Shown in pieces: positions 9,257 through 18,920 of a DNA stretch of 64,000 bases. This DNA comes from an uncultured Thermoleophilia bacterium (GTDB taxonomy: Bacteria; Actinomycetota; Thermoleophilia; UBA2241): assembly GCA_963831295.1 (NCBI GenBank), contig CAWHPR010000002.1:58118-122117 (forward strand). Reading direction: 5' to 3'. Both the position numbers and the translations under genes were made by a program. The notes below the pieces were generated by a model. The model worked only from the letters and a program-made list of their open reading frames with translations. It searched no databases and was not told the DNA's origin. Each line of letters opens with the position of its first letter. Within the stretch, counting starts at the first letter, position 1.

Positions 9257-9558
9257 AGGCTCTCCACCACCTCGACGCGACGCAGCACGCGGTCGACCTC
9301 GAAGTCGAGACCGTGCAGATAGCGGTCGACCTCGGCGATCTGCTCGTCGGCCTGCCGTGGGGACGACGCGGCCAGCACGACGAGCACGCGCGACGTCTGC
9401 CAGGTGTCCTGGCCACCGACCTCACTGAACGACGCCCTGAAGCGACGCCGGACGACGTCGCGCAGCGACATGAGCGGCCCGCGCTTCTCCTTGAGGGAAC
9501 GGGTGTCGGGGAAGTGCAGGTCCGCGAGCAGGACGCCGATGCTCGCGTCAGACCTCAC
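9238..9558 (-). CDS. DUF503 family protein (YlxP-like). Probable GTG start at 9556..9558 overlapping the infB stop; the alternative ATG at 9600 lies inside infB.
   Basis: Pattern IGVLLADLHFPDTRSLKEKR... typical of DUF503; position between infB and rbfA. Confidence 0.75.
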   Translation of the reverse strand: MRSDASIGVLLADLHFPDTRSLKEKRGPLMSLRDVVRRRFRASFSEVGGQDTWQTSRVLVVLAASSPRQADEQIAEVDRYLHGLDFEVDRVLRRVEVVESLWDIDS

Positions 9559-11638
9559 GGGCGACTTCGCGGTTCTCGTACGCCTCGAACACATCGCCAT
9601 CCTTGACGTCGTTGAAGCCCTCGAGGAGGATGCCGCACTCGAAGCCCTCCAGGACCTCGCGCGCGTCCTCCTGGAAGCGCTTCAGCGAACTGATACGCCC
9701 CTCGTGCACGACGACGTCGCTGCGCAGGACGCGCGCCTTGGCGCCGCGCTTGATGGCGCCCTGGGTGACCATGCAGCCGGCGATCGTGCCGATCTTCGAC
9801 GCCTTGAACGTCGCCCGCACCTCGGCATGACCCAGGATCGCCTCTTCGTACTCAGGCTTCAGCATGCCCATGAGCGCCGCGGTCACGTCTTCGGTCACCT
9901 TGTAGATGACGCGATACGTGCGCACGTCGACGCCCTCCTGCTCGGCAAGCGTCTGCGCCGCCTGGCTCGGCCGCACGTTGAAACCGATGATGATGGCCGC
10001 CGACGCGGCCGCCAGCATGATGTCGGACTCGTTGATGCCGCCGACGCCGGAGTGGAGGACCCGCACCTTGACCTCCCGGTGCTGGATCTTGAGCAAGGCG
10101 TCGGACAGCGCCTCGAGGCTGCCCTGCACGTCGGCCTTCACCACGAGATTCAGGTCGAGCACCTTGCCCTCGGCGATCCGGGCGAAGACCTCGTCCAGCG
10201 TGAGCGAGCGCTCGCGCCCCAGGCGCTCCGTCTTGAGACGGCTGGCGCGCCGGCTCGCGAGACCGCGCGCCGCGCGCTCGTCTTTGACCACGCGACAGAG
10301 CTCGCCGGCGATCGGCAGCTCGTCGAAACCGATGATCTCGACGGGCGTGGACGGGCCGCCGCTCGTCAGCGCCTCACCCTTGAAGTCGCGCATCGCCCGC
10401 ACGCGGCCGCTGACGCCACCGGCGACGATCGCGTCGCCGACGTGCATCGTGCCGCGGTCGACGAGGACGGTCGCGACGACACCGCGGCCGGGATCCACAC
10501 GCGACTCGATGACGAAGCCGCTGGCCTCGGTCTTCGAATTCGCCTTGAGGTCGGCGACCTCGGCGATCAGCAGAAGCATGTCGAGGAAGGTGTCGAGGCC
10601 GAGCCGCTTCTTGGCGCTCGCCTCGACGAAGATCGTGTCCCCTCCCCACTCCTCGGGCACGAGCTCGTACTCCGTGAGCTGCTGCTTGATGCGCTCGACG
10701 TTGGCCTCGGGCTTGTCGATCTTGTTCACCACGATGAGGATCGGCACGCCGGCCGCCTTGGCGTGGGCGATGGCCTCGATCGTCTGCGGCATCACGCCGT
10801 CGTCGGCCGCCACGACGATGGCGGCGACGTCGGTGACCTTGGCGCCGCGGGCGCGCATCGCCGTGAAGGCGGCGTGGCCCGGCGTGTCGATGAATGTGAG
10901 CAGCTTGCCCTGGTGGTCCACCTGATAGGCGCCGATGTGCTGAGTGATGCCGCCTGCCTCGCCGGCCGCCACCGCGGTGTCGCGGATCGCGTCGAGCAGG
11001 CTCGTCTTGCCGTGGTCGACGTGGCCCATCACGGTGATCACCGCCGGGCGTGGCTCGAGATCCTCGGGCGCGTCGACGGCTTCGCTCTCGAGCTGCGCTT
11101 CCTCGTCGGCCGCGTGGACGATCTCGATCTCGCGGCCGAAATCGCCGGCGAGGACCGTGAGCGCCTCGTCGGAGAGGGACTGCGTGATCGTCACCATCTC
11201 ACCGTAGCCCATGAGAGCCTTGATGATCTCGGCGGTCGAGATGCCGAGCAGTTGGGATATCTCCTTGACACTGGCGCCCGACGGCAGCTTGACGGGACCG
11301 CTCGGCACCGGTGGCGGCGTGGGTGCGACCGCCGCCTCGCGCTGGTCGCGGCCACGGCGACCGCGGCGACGACCGCCGCCGCCACCGCCACCACCCTGCG
11401 GACCACCGCGCCGGGCGGCTCCTGCGTCGATGATGACGCGCCGGCGACGGCCGCCCTGGCCGCCACGTCGGCGCGGCGCGGCCGCCGTGCCCGCGAAGGC
11501 CTTCTCGATCGCCTCTTCTTCAACGTTGATCTCGCCGTCCACGACCTCGATGCCCGCCTTCTTGAGGTGAGCGAGAACGTCGTCGACGCTCGCACTGCGC
11601 TGGCGGGCGATGTCGGAGACTTTGAACTTCTTCGCCAC
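9548..11638 (-). CDS. infB: Translation initiation factor IF-2 (GTG start). Gly/Arg-rich low-complexity N-terminal region.
   Basis: GTPase domain (GHVDHGKTSLLD, DTPGH, NKID); C-terminal beta-barrel domains. Confidence 0.97.
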   Translation of the reverse strand: MAKKFKVSDIARQRSASVDDVLAHLKKAGIEVVDGEINVEEEAIEKAFAGTAAAPRRRGGQGGRRRRVIIDAGAARRGGPQGGGGGGGGRRRGRRGRDQREAAVAPTPPPVPSGPVKLPSGASVKEISQLLGISTAEIIKALMGYGEMVTITQSLSDEALTVLAGDFGREIEIVHAADEEAQLESEAVDAPEDLEPRPAVITVMGHVDHGKTSLLDAIRDTAVAAGEAGGITQHIGAYQVDHQGKLLTFIDTPGHAAFTAMRARGAKVTDVAAIVVAADDGVMPQTIEAIAHAKAAGVPILIVVNKIDKPEANVERIKQQLTEYELVPEEWGGDTIFVEASAKKRLGLDTFLDMLLLIAEVADLKANSKTEASGFVIESRVDPGRGVVATVLVDRGTMHVGDAIVAGGVSGRVRAMRDFKGEALTSGGPSTPVEIIGFDELPIAGELCRVVKDERAARGLASRRASRLKTERLGRERSLTLDEVFARIAEGKVLDLNLVVKADVQGSLEALSDALLKIQHREVKVRVLHSGVGGINESDIMLAAASAAIIIGFNVRPSQAAQTLAEQEGVDVRTYRVIYKVTEDVTAALMGMLKPEYEEAILGHAEVRATFKASKIGTIAGCMVTQGAIKRGAKARVLRSDVVVHEGRISSLKRFQEDAREVLEGFECGILLEGFNDVKDGDVFEAYENREVAREV

Positions 11639-11908
11639 TCACCTCACCGCCTTTCTCTGTTCGCAGGCGACCGCGAACTGGTGCGCGGTCGCCGGGTCGA
11701 TGATGACGGGGCCCCGGAAAGCGCGCGCGAATGCGCGTCGCTCCACGGCCGCATCGAGACAGCCCTGCTCGGGACAGACGTACGCGCTTCGGCCTGACCG
11801 CATGGGCCCGGCGAGCGTCAAGCGCCCGTCACGCAGGGCGAATCGTATCAGGTCGCCTTGAGGGCTGCGTTTGCGGCAGCCGACACAGCTGCGCTCCGGA
11901 GCGCCCAC
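11639..11908 (-). CDS. ylxR: YlxR/DUF448 family RNA-binding protein of the nusA-infB operon.
   Basis: RSCVGCR...GRSAYVC motif; position between nusA and infB. Confidence 0.8.
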   Translation of the reverse strand: MGAPERSCVGCRKRSPQGDLIRFALRDGRLTLAGPMRSGRSAYVCPEQGCLDAAVERRAFARAFRGPVIIDPATAHQFAVACEQRKAVR

Positions 11909-11912
11909 GGTG

Positions 11913-13262
11913 TCACGCCCCCGACTCCGCGTCGGCGGCCGCGGCTGCCTCGGCTGGTCCGGCGTCGGCGCCCTCCGTCGCGCTCGCCGGTCCGCTCTCA
12001 GCCGGCTCCGGGGCGGCCGCCTCGGCCTCCTCGGGGCTCGCCGGCGTCTCGGGCTCCACGTAGTCGGCGTGGATGCTGCAGTAGCGCGAGCCGCCGACCG
12101 CCTGGTTCGGGCAGCGCTTGCCGGTCGCCGTCACGGCCATGCACTGGCCGACCACACCTTCGTCCTCGGCGAAGTCCATGTCGGCCTCGGCCTCAGCCTG
12201 CTGCTGCTGGCTCCGGATGTCGATGCGCCAACCCGTGAGCTTGCTCGCCAGGCGTGCGTTCTGTCCCTCGCGACCGATCGCGAGCGACAGCTGGTCGTCG
12301 GGCACGATGATGGTCGCCGACTGAGCTTCGTCGTCGACGAGTACCTCGCGCACCCGCGCCGGCGACAACGCCTTGGCGACGAAGCGAGCCGCATCGTCGT
12401 GGTACGGGATGATGTCGATGCGCTCGCCGCGCAGTTCGCTCACGACCATGCGCACGCGCGAGCCGCGCGGGCCGACGCAGGCGCCCACAGGGTCGACGCC
12501 GTCAGTGTGCGACACGACCGCGATCTTGCAGCGTCCGGGCACCGGCTTGCCGTCACGACCCCGGTAGCCTGTCTCGCGCGCCACCTGGCGGATCTCGACG
12601 AGTCCGTCGGCGAGCTCGGGGACCTCGACATCGAACAGCTTGCGCACAAGCTCCTCGCTCTTGCGCGAGAGGATGACCTGCGGTCCCTTCGTCGAGTCTT
12701 GGACCTTGACGATCACGGCCTTCACGCGGGCGCCGTGCTCGTAGTGCTCCGTCTCGATCTGTTCGCTCTTGGGGAGCAGAGCCTCGACCCGGCCGAGCTC
12801 GACGAGCGTGTAGCGCGCGTCGCTCTGCTGGACGATGCCGGTGACGAGCTCGCCCACGCGGTCCACATACTCGTCGAACATGAGGTCACGCTCGGCGTCA
12901 CGGATGCGCTGGATGATCACCTGCTTCGCCGTTTGCGCGGCGATGCGGCCGAAGTCGTCGGGCGTCACCTCGATGCGCTCGACCTGGCTCATGTCGACGC
13001 CCGAGAGGTCGAGACCGATCTCCTCGCCCTCCTCGTCATGCACCTTGAGAGCCTCGACGTCGATGTGCTCGGGGAAGATGAGCTGATACACCTTCATGTC
13101 GCCCGTATCGGGGTCGACCTCGGCCTTCGCGTGCTCGACCGCGCTGGGCGTCTTCTTGTAGGCCGAGAGCAAGGCGTCCTCGAGCGCCTCGAGAAGGGCG
13201 TCGAAAGCGATCCCCTTCTCCTTCTCGATCTGGCGCAGGGCCTCGATGATCTCTGTGCTCAC
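11913..13262 (-). CDS. nusA: Transcription termination/antitermination factor NusA. Carries an unusual C-terminal Cys3His motif (aa 373-397) and an acidic Ala/Glu/Pro-rich tail.
   Basis: NusA N-terminal, S1 and KH1/KH2 domains; rimP-nusA-infB synteny. Confidence 0.95.
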   Translation of the reverse strand: MSTEIIEALRQIEKEKGIAFDALLEALEDALLSAYKKTPSAVEHAKAEVDPDTGDMKVYQLIFPEHIDVEALKVHDEEGEEIGLDLSGVDMSQVERIEVTPDDFGRIAAQTAKQVIIQRIRDAERDLMFDEYVDRVGELVTGIVQQSDARYTLVELGRVEALLPKSEQIETEHYEHGARVKAVIVKVQDSTKGPQVILSRKSEELVRKLFDVEVPELADGLVEIRQVARETGYRGRDGKPVPGRCKIAVVSHTDGVDPVGACVGPRGSRVRMVVSELRGERIDIIPYHDDAARFVAKALSPARVREVLVDDEAQSATIIVPDDQLSLAIGREGQNARLASKLTGWRIDIRSQQQQAEAEADMDFAEDEGVVGQCMAVTATGKRCPNQAVGGSRYCSIHADYVEPETPASPEEAEAAAPEPAESGPASATEGADAGPAEAAAAADAESGA

Positions 13263-13275
13263 AACCGCCTCCGGT

Positions 13276-13716
13276 TCACCTGTCGAACGTATGCACCACG
13301 TGGGCGCGTGCGATATCGCTCATCTCGAGCCTGACCTCGCCGGCACCGTCGGTCAGCTCGACGGTCACGGTCGTCTCGTCGGCGCTCGCGAGCCTGCCAC
13401 GAAACCGGCGGCGCCCATCGACCGGCGCCGCCATCTGCACAGCCACCTCGCGGCCGATCGCCGCCACGAAATGGGGCGGCTTGCGCAGCGGCCGGTCGAG
13501 GCCCGGTGACGACACCTCCAAGGCGAACCCTTCGCGCAGGTCGTCGAGCACCCTGCTCACATCCGCACAGAGGTCGAGGTCGACTCCGCCGGGCCGATCG
13601 ACGTACACCACGAGTCGGTCACCCTTGACCTCGAGGTCGACGACTTCGACATCGGCGTAGTGCCCCGCCAGCGTTTCCTCGACGGCGGCCTCAAGCTCCT
13701 GCCTGCTGCCACGCAT
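13276..13716 (-). CDS. rimP: Ribosome maturation factor RimP. Start at MRGSRQELEAAVEE; the ORF-track extension is spurious.
   Basis: RimP family similarity; first gene of the rimP-nusA-infB operon. Confidence 0.85.
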   Translation of the reverse strand: MRGSRQELEAAVEETLAGHYADVEVVDLEVKGDRLVVYVDRPGGVDLDLCADVSRVLDDLREGFALEVSSPGLDRPLRKPPHFVAAIGREVAVQMAAPVDGRRRFRGRLASADETTVTVELTDGAGEVRLEMSDIARAHVVHTFDR

Positions 13717-13728
13717 GTCTCGACCCCC

Positions 13729-13763
13729 TACAAGAACAAAAGTCGGCTGCTGCGCACCGACTT
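13729..13763 (-). terminator. Leader hairpin (8-bp stem AAAGUCGG/CCGACUUU, 10-nt loop) followed by a U-rich tract, inside the rimP-nusA-infB 5' UTR. Candidate attenuator/intrinsic terminator, possibly NusA-dependent autoregulation.
   Basis: Inverted repeat plus the T-rich run ttgttcttg on the transcribed strand, between the promoter and the rimP ATG. Confidence 0.5.
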
Positions 13764-13801
13764 TCACGAATCGCTCCGCGCGTGTTGTCTCGCCGAGAAG
13801 G

Positions 13802-13831
13802 AGTATAGCACCGGTACGCCCGGGCCGACAA
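13802..13831 (-). promoter_or_regulatory. Sigma70-like promoter of the rimP-nusA-infB operon: -35 TTGTCG, 18-nt spacer, -10 TATACT.
   Basis: Hexamers read directly on the minus strand; an AT-rich -10 stands out in a 72% GC background. Confidence 0.6.
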
Positions 13832-13931
13832 GGCGAGGAGACCTCAATGTGCGGGGGGATTGTGCCGATAGTCCCAACGGCGGCGCGGGGGCGACGCCCA
13901 TGAGACAACACCAGAGGGACGTGATCGCGTC

Positions 13932-14216
13932 ATGGGAGAGTACACCACCTTCGAGTGTCGCAGCTGCGACTACAAGGCCGAGCGCGTGCGCTGGGGCGTC
14001 AGCGTCAACGACCCCCGTCAACGTTGTATGCCCGCGTATTGCGTCGAGTGTCGCACGATCCGCGAGGTCGATCTGACCGACGCCGACGTGATGGTCGACG
14101 AGTTCGAGTGCCCCGACTGCGGAAGCCAGCTCTTCTTCCTCGAGAAGGCGGCTTCGTACACCTGCCCGAAGTGCAAGGCGCACGACATGCGCCTCATCCA
14201 GGGCGACTACTGGTGA
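13932..14216 (+). CDS. Hypothetical Cys-rich protein with four CxxC pairs (two predicted zinc ribbons). Divergent from rimP.
   Basis: ORF with RBS AGAGGGA; motifs CRSC, CVEC, CPDC, CPKC; no family recognised. Confidence 0.55.
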   Translation: MGEYTTFECRSCDYKAERVRWGVSVNDPRQRCMPAYCVECRTIREVDLTDADVMVDEFECPDCGSQLFFLEKAASYTCPKCKAHDMRLIQGDYW

Positions 14217-14258
14217 GACCGGTCGGCGGCCGCCTCCAGGGCACGGCCGCCGGCTCGT
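14217..14258. terminator. GC-rich inverted repeat (CGGCGGCCG...CGGCCGCCG) between convergent genes. Candidate bidirectional terminator.
   Basis: Perfect 9-bp inverted repeat read in sequence. Confidence 0.4.
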
Positions 14259-15053
14259 TCAGTCAACGATGACGACGGGGCTCCCGGCCGGTACCAGCCG
14301 GCCGACTTCGCGGATATCGTCGTTGCGCATGCGCACGCAGCCGTGGCTGACTGCTTGGCCGATCAGCGACGGCTGATCCGTGCCGTGGATCGCGACCGGG
14401 CCGCCGTTGGGCCAGTCTGCGAGCTTCGGCTGGAAGGCGCTGATCCCGATCGCGAGCACCCCGTACACGCCTTGAGGGTCGTTGGGCTTGAGCTTCTGGT
14501 TGACGAAGAAGAAGCCGGTCGGCGTGGGCAGGTCGGACTCGCCGACCGCGACGCGATAGGTGCCCTGCTCCTGCCCGCGACGGTACACCGTCAGCGTGCG
14601 CTCGGAGAGGTCGATCTCGATCTTCGTCGTCGTGGTGTAGAAGGCCAGCTGGCCCTCCTTCACCCAGCCGCGGCTCCCGTTGGGTCGCACCGAGAGCCAC
14701 ACGCGATGCCATGTCTCACCCGCGACCGTGCGCGCCCGGTCGACGAGCACCACCGTGGGGTAGTCGTGGTAGTTGCGCTCCCCGAGGCGCACCTTGACGG
14801 GCGCCGCATCGGACGGCTTCGTGCGGACGACGACCGGACCGACGGCCTTGCCCACCTGCCAGGTCTCGTAGGCCGGCGCCGGCGGCGCCTCGGCAGACGC
14901 GCCGGGTGTCGGCACGACGACCGGCGCCGGCGACTGTACGGCGCCGCCCCCCTCCGCCCTCGCGCGCATGACGGCCCAGCCGCCCACGCCGACCCCGAGA
15001 AGCGCGACGACGGCCGTCAGACTGAGGATCAGATCGCGAGAACGTGTCGACAT
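14259..15053 (-). CDS. L,D-transpeptidase (YkuD domain) with an N-terminal membrane anchor and a Pro/Ala-rich linker.
   Basis: Catalytic motif HGT...SHGCVRM; N-terminal hydrophobic segment. Confidence 0.85.
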   Translation of the reverse strand: MSTRSRDLILSLTAVVALLGVGVGGWAVMRARAEGGGAVQSPAPVVVPTPGASAEAPPAPAYETWQVGKAVGPVVVRTKPSDAAPVKVRLGERNYHDYPTVVLVDRARTVAGETWHRVWLSVRPNGSRGWVKEGQLAFYTTTTKIEIDLSERTLTVYRRGQEQGTYRVAVGESDLPTPTGFFFVNQKLKPNDPQGVYGVLAIGISAFQPKLADWPNGGPVAIHGTDQPSLIGQAVSHGCVRMRNDDIREVGRLVPAGSPVVIVD

Positions 15054-15154
15054 GTCACTCCAAGGGTAGTCGAAGGCCTACGGTCTGTACACAGGATGCC
15101 CGCTGCGGGCGGCGTACACTACGTCCAGAGAGTCCTTCCCCGAAAGGAGAGCGC

Positions 15155-15718
15155 GTGACCATCACCATCATCCTGGCCCTCGCGATCGTCGTCATCGTCG
15201 TGCTGGCTCTGGTCGCCATCTACAACGGGCTGGTCAAGCGTCGCAACCAGGTCGACAACTCCTGGAGCCAGATCGACGTCCAGCTCAGGCGCCGGCACGA
15301 CCTCATCCCCAACCTCGTCGAGGCCGTCAAGGACTACATGGAGTTCGAGCAGGACACGCTGACGCGGGTCACCGAGGCGCGGACGGCCGCCATGGCCGCC
15401 GGACAGCGTGGCCCCGAGGCGCAGGCGCAGGCCGAGAACATGCTGAGCGACGCGCTGAAGTCGCTCTTCGCCGTCACCGAGAACTACCCTGACCTCAAGG
15501 CCAACCAGAACGTGTTGAGCCTCCAGGAGGAGCTCACCGCGACCGAGAACAAGATCTCCTTCGCGCGGCAGTTCTACAACGACAGCGTCCTCACGTACAA
15601 CAACAAGATCCAGACGGTGCCGTCCAACCTCGTTGCCGGCCTGTTCAACTTCACGGCCAAGCAGTACTTCGAGGCGCCCGAGGCCGCCCGCGAGGTGCCC
15701 AAGGTCGACCTGCGGTGA
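15155..15718 (+). CDS. lemA: LemA family membrane protein. GTG start with RBS AAAGGAGA; the ORF-track extension is spurious.
   Basis: N-terminal TM helix then the LemA domain; LemA-HtpX pairing. Confidence 0.8.
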   Translation: MTITIILALAIVVIVVLALVAIYNGLVKRRNQVDNSWSQIDVQLRRRHDLIPNLVEAVKDYMEFEQDTLTRVTEARTAAMAAGQRGPEAQAQAENMLSDALKSLFAVTENYPDLKANQNVLSLQEELTATENKISFARQFYNDSVLTYNNKIQTVPSNLVAGLFNFTAKQYFEAPEAAREVPKVDLR

Positions 15719-15753
15719 CGGCCCGCCGGGTTCGGCGGCGAGGCTAGCGACCG

Positions 15754-16719
15754 GTGTACGAGCAGATCGCGCGCAACCGGCGCGCCTCGTGGCTTCTCAT
15801 GGTGATGATGGTCGCCCTGTTCGCCGTCGTCGGCTACGTCTTCGGTCTGGCCTGGCTCGGCGGCCAGACCGGCGGGCTCGGGCTGCTCGGCGTGTTCGGC
15901 GTCGTCGCGATCTTGTGGAGCCTCATCGGCTACTTCACCGGCGACAGGATGGTGCTCGCCGTCAGCGGCGCCCGACGCGTCGCGCACGCCGACGAGCCGC
16001 AGCTCTGGAACGTCGTCGAAGAGATGTCGATCGCCGCCGGGCTCGCCGCGCCGCCGGCGGTGTACCTCATCGAGGATGAGGCCCTCAACGCCTTCGCGAC
16101 CGGCCGCGACCCGAGCCACGCGGCGATCGCGGTCACGCGCGGGCTCATGGAGCGCCTCAACCGCGAGGAACTGCAGGCCGTCGTCGCCCACGAGCTCTCG
16201 CACGTCCGCAACTACGACATCCGCTTTGCCACGCTGGTCGGGATCCTGGTGGGCATGATCGCGCTCGTCGCCGACTTCTTCCTGCGTTCCACCTTCTTCG
16301 GTGGAGGCCGCCGCCGCGGGGGCAGCTCCGGCGGAGGGGGGCCGATCATGCTCCTCGCGTTGCTGCTGGCCGTCGTCGCGCCGCTCGCCGCCTCGGCCGT
16401 ACAGTTCGCGATCTCTCGCCGCCGCGAGTACCTGGCCGACGCCTCCGGGGTCGAGCTCACGCGCAACCCGCTGGGCCTCGCCAAGGCGCTGCACAAGATC
16501 TCGACCGACCCTCAGGCGCTGCGCGGCGCCAACAGGGCGACCGCGCACCTCTACATCGCGAATCCCCTGCGCAAGCGGCGTGCGCACAGCGGCATCTTCG
16601 ACACGCATCCGCCGGTCGACGAGCGCATCGCCGTCCTCCTGCGCATGGCGCACGCCGGGCCGGAGGCGCTCGGGTCGCCGACCGGCGACCCGAGCGCCCT
16701 CACGCCCGACGTCACCTGA
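15754..16719 (+). CDS. htpX: HtpX-like M48 family zinc metalloprotease (membrane).
   Basis: HEXXH motif HELSHV; multiple TM segments; Gly-rich insert. Confidence 0.85.
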   Translation: MYEQIARNRRASWLLMVMMVALFAVVGYVFGLAWLGGQTGGLGLLGVFGVVAILWSLIGYFTGDRMVLAVSGARRVAHADEPQLWNVVEEMSIAAGLAAPPAVYLIEDEALNAFATGRDPSHAAIAVTRGLMERLNREELQAVVAHELSHVRNYDIRFATLVGILVGMIALVADFFLRSTFFGGGRRRGGSSGGGGPIMLLALLLAVVAPLAASAVQFAISRRREYLADASGVELTRNPLGLAKALHKISTDPQALRGANRATAHLYIANPLRKRRAHSGIFDTHPPVDERIAVLLRMAHAGPEALGSPTGDPSALTPDVT

Positions 16720-16732
16720 CGGCGCGCCGCGA

Positions 16733-17122
16733 TCACGTCTGCTCGTCGACCGCCCGGCGGTAGAGCTCGCTGTCGGGTCGCAGCGCAGAGGCCAGGCGCA
16801 GCTGAGCCCGGGCTTCATCCTGCCGGCCGACGCGCAGGAGGCAACGACCGAGCGCGTATCGCGCGTAGTCGTTGTCCGGCACGTCGGCCGCCACTGCTTC
16901 AAAGAGGGCGGCAGCGGCCTCGAAGCGCCCGAGCGCGTACTCCGCGCGGCCGAGGGCTTCGCGGATCGAGTTCTTGCCGGGTTCGAGGCGCAGAGCGCGG
17001 GCCAACACCAGCGCCGCCTGCCCGGGATGCCGTTCGCGCATGAAGCCGACACCCGTCTGAAAGAGACTGTAGGCCTCGCTCTCGGGGTCGAACGAAGGCA
17101 CGCGCCGCACCACGAGTCCCAC
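16733..17122 (-). CDS. Tetratricopeptide-repeat protein.
   Basis: TPR-like A/L/R-rich repeats (ALGR..EA...F). Confidence 0.6.
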   Translation of the reverse strand: MGLVVRRVPSFDPESEAYSLFQTGVGFMRERHPGQAALVLARALRLEPGKNSIREALGRAEYALGRFEAAAALFEAVAADVPDNDYARYALGRCLLRVGRQDEARAQLRLASALRPDSELYRRAVDEQT

Positions 17123-17132
17123 GCGCTCGGCC

Positions 17133-17693
17133 TCAGAGGCCGAGGTCGGCGGCGACGCCCTGCATCGCCTCGAGACCGATGCTCAAGAACTCGTCGAGCT
17201 CGAGGCCGAGCTCGGCGCAGCGCGCGATGGCCTCACGATCGACACCCCGCGCAAAAGCCCCTTCGCGAAAGCGCTTGCGCACGGACTTGAGCTTGACCCC
17301 GGCGAGGTCCTTGTCGGGGCGGATCAAGGCCGCCGCCGTGACGAGCCCGCTGAGCTGGTCGGCGGCGATCAGCGCGACGTCGAACCGCGATTCGGCAGCG
17401 ACGCCGGTCGCGGGGTTGTGAGCGGCCACCGCGTGCACGGCGGCCTCGGGCGCGCCCGCGACGCGCAGCGCCTCGGCCGCCTCGGCGCCGTGACGCGTGA
17501 CGTCGCCCTCGGTCGCCTCGGCGTCGATATCGTGCGCGAGACCGGCGAGGCCCCAGACCTCCGGGTCCTCATCGAGGCGCTCCGCGAGCGCCCGCATGAT
17601 CGCCTCGGCGGCCAGCATGTGGCGGCGCAGATTGACGTTGGCAACGCGCGCCTCGACGAGCGCCAGGGTCTCTTCGCGGCCGAGCGCGCTCAC
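17133..17693 (-). CDS. HD-domain phosphohydrolase. Probable GTG start overlapping the coaBC stop (GTGA).
   Basis: HD motif (...LAGLAHDID...); NLRRHMLAAEAIMRALA resembles HD/HDIG N-termini. Confidence 0.7.
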   Translation of the reverse strand: MSALGREETLALVEARVANVNLRRHMLAAEAIMRALAERLDEDPEVWGLAGLAHDIDAEATEGDVTRHGAEAAEALRVAGAPEAAVHAVAAHNPATGVAAESRFDVALIAADQLSGLVTAAALIRPDKDLAGVKLKSVRKRFREGAFARGVDREAIARCAELGLELDEFLSIGLEAMQGVAADLGL

Positions 17694-18913
17694 GTGAGGG
17701 CCCCTTCGACGGCGTCGAGCAGCGCGACCGCGCACGCCCGCTTGCTGCAGCGCGGCACATGGATCTCGCGCTCGCCCGTCAGGATCGTGATCTCGTTCTC
17801 GTCGGCCCCTATGCCCACGCCTTCAGCCAGCACATCGTTGAAGACCAGGAGGTCGACGCCCTTCGCGTCCTTCTTGCGCCGCGCTCGATCGAGATGCGGA
17901 CCGGCCTCGGCGGCGAACGCCACCCGCAGGAGACCCGACCGCTCCGCCTCGGCGAGCACGTCGACGGTGCGCACGAGCTCCAGGCCGAGCACCTCACGCT
18001 CGCCGCGCTCGATCTTGCCGGCGACGCTCTCGGCCGGCTTGAAATCGGCCACGGCGGCCGCCATCACGAGGACGTCGGCGGCCGCCGTCGCCTCGCGCAC
18101 GGCCGCCGCCATGTCTTCGGCGGACTCCACGGCGACGGTCGCATACGGTACGCCCTCGACCGGGTGCGTCGCGATCAGGGTCACGGCGGCGCCGCGCAGG
18201 TACGCTTCGTCGGCGACGGCACGGCCCATCTTGCCGCTCGAGCGGTTGCCGACGTAGCGCACGGCGTCGATGCGCTCGCGCGTGCCGCCCGCGGTGACGA
18301 CGACGTGTCGCTCGCGAAGAGCGCCGGCAGCCGAGCCGGCGAAGGCGCGCTTCACGGCGGCGAGGATCGCGTCGGGCTCGGCCATACGACCGACGCCCTC
18401 CTCCCCGCAGGCCAGCTCGCCACGCCCCGTCGGCAGCACCTCGACGCCGCGCTCGGCGAGACGACGCAGGTTGTCCCGGGTCGCGGGGTGCTCGTACATG
18501 GCCCAGTTCATGGTGGGCGCGACGATCACCGGACCGCGGAAGGCGAGGTACACGGCCGTCAGCAGGTTGTCGGCGATGCCGGCCGCCATCTTGGCGAGCG
18601 TGTTCGCGGTGGCGGGCGCGACGACCATGACGTCGGCGTCGCGGGCGGCGTCGATGTGCTCGAACCAGCCGCCCGTCGACTGCCACGCCGTCTCGTCGTC
18701 GAGGACGGGGCCGCGAGACGCCGCCGCAAAGGTGAGCGGCATCACGAAGCGCGCCGCCGCGGCGGTCGTCACGACCGTCGGCGCGAAGCCCTCGCGGGCG
18801 AGCCCGCGCACGAGCTCGACCGACTTGTAGATGGCGATCCCCCCCGTGACGCCGACCAGCACTCGCCGGCCGGCGGTCGGCGGACCGCCGCCGCTGTCGT
18901 CTGCCGCGGCCAC
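17690..18913 (-). CDS. coaBC: Bifunctional phosphopantothenoylcysteine decarboxylase / phosphopantothenate-cysteine ligase.
   Basis: Flavoprotein N-terminal domain and DFP C-terminal domain; rpoZ-coaBC synteny. Confidence 0.93.
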   Translation of the reverse strand: MAAADDSGGGPPTAGRRVLVGVTGGIAIYKSVELVRGLAREGFAPTVVTTAAAARFVMPLTFAAASRGPVLDDETAWQSTGGWFEHIDAARDADVMVVAPATANTLAKMAAGIADNLLTAVYLAFRGPVIVAPTMNWAMYEHPATRDNLRRLAERGVEVLPTGRGELACGEEGVGRMAEPDAILAAVKRAFAGSAAGALRERHVVVTAGGTRERIDAVRYVGNRSSGKMGRAVADEAYLRGAAVTLIATHPVEGVPYATVAVESAEDMAAAVREATAAADVLVMAAAVADFKPAESVAGKIERGEREVLGLELVRTVDVLAEAERSGLLRVAFAAEAGPHLDRARRKKDAKGVDLLVFNDVLAEGVGIGADENEITILTGEREIHVPRCSKRACAVALLDAVEGALT

Positions 18914-18920
18914 GCCGGGA

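Noticed and set aside
11380-11410. Short GC triplet repeats (ccgccgccaccgccaccacc) that could be flagged as a tandem repeat or VNTR.
   Set aside because: They sit inside the Gly/Arg/Pro low-complexity N-terminal region of infB. They are coding low complexity, not a repeat element.
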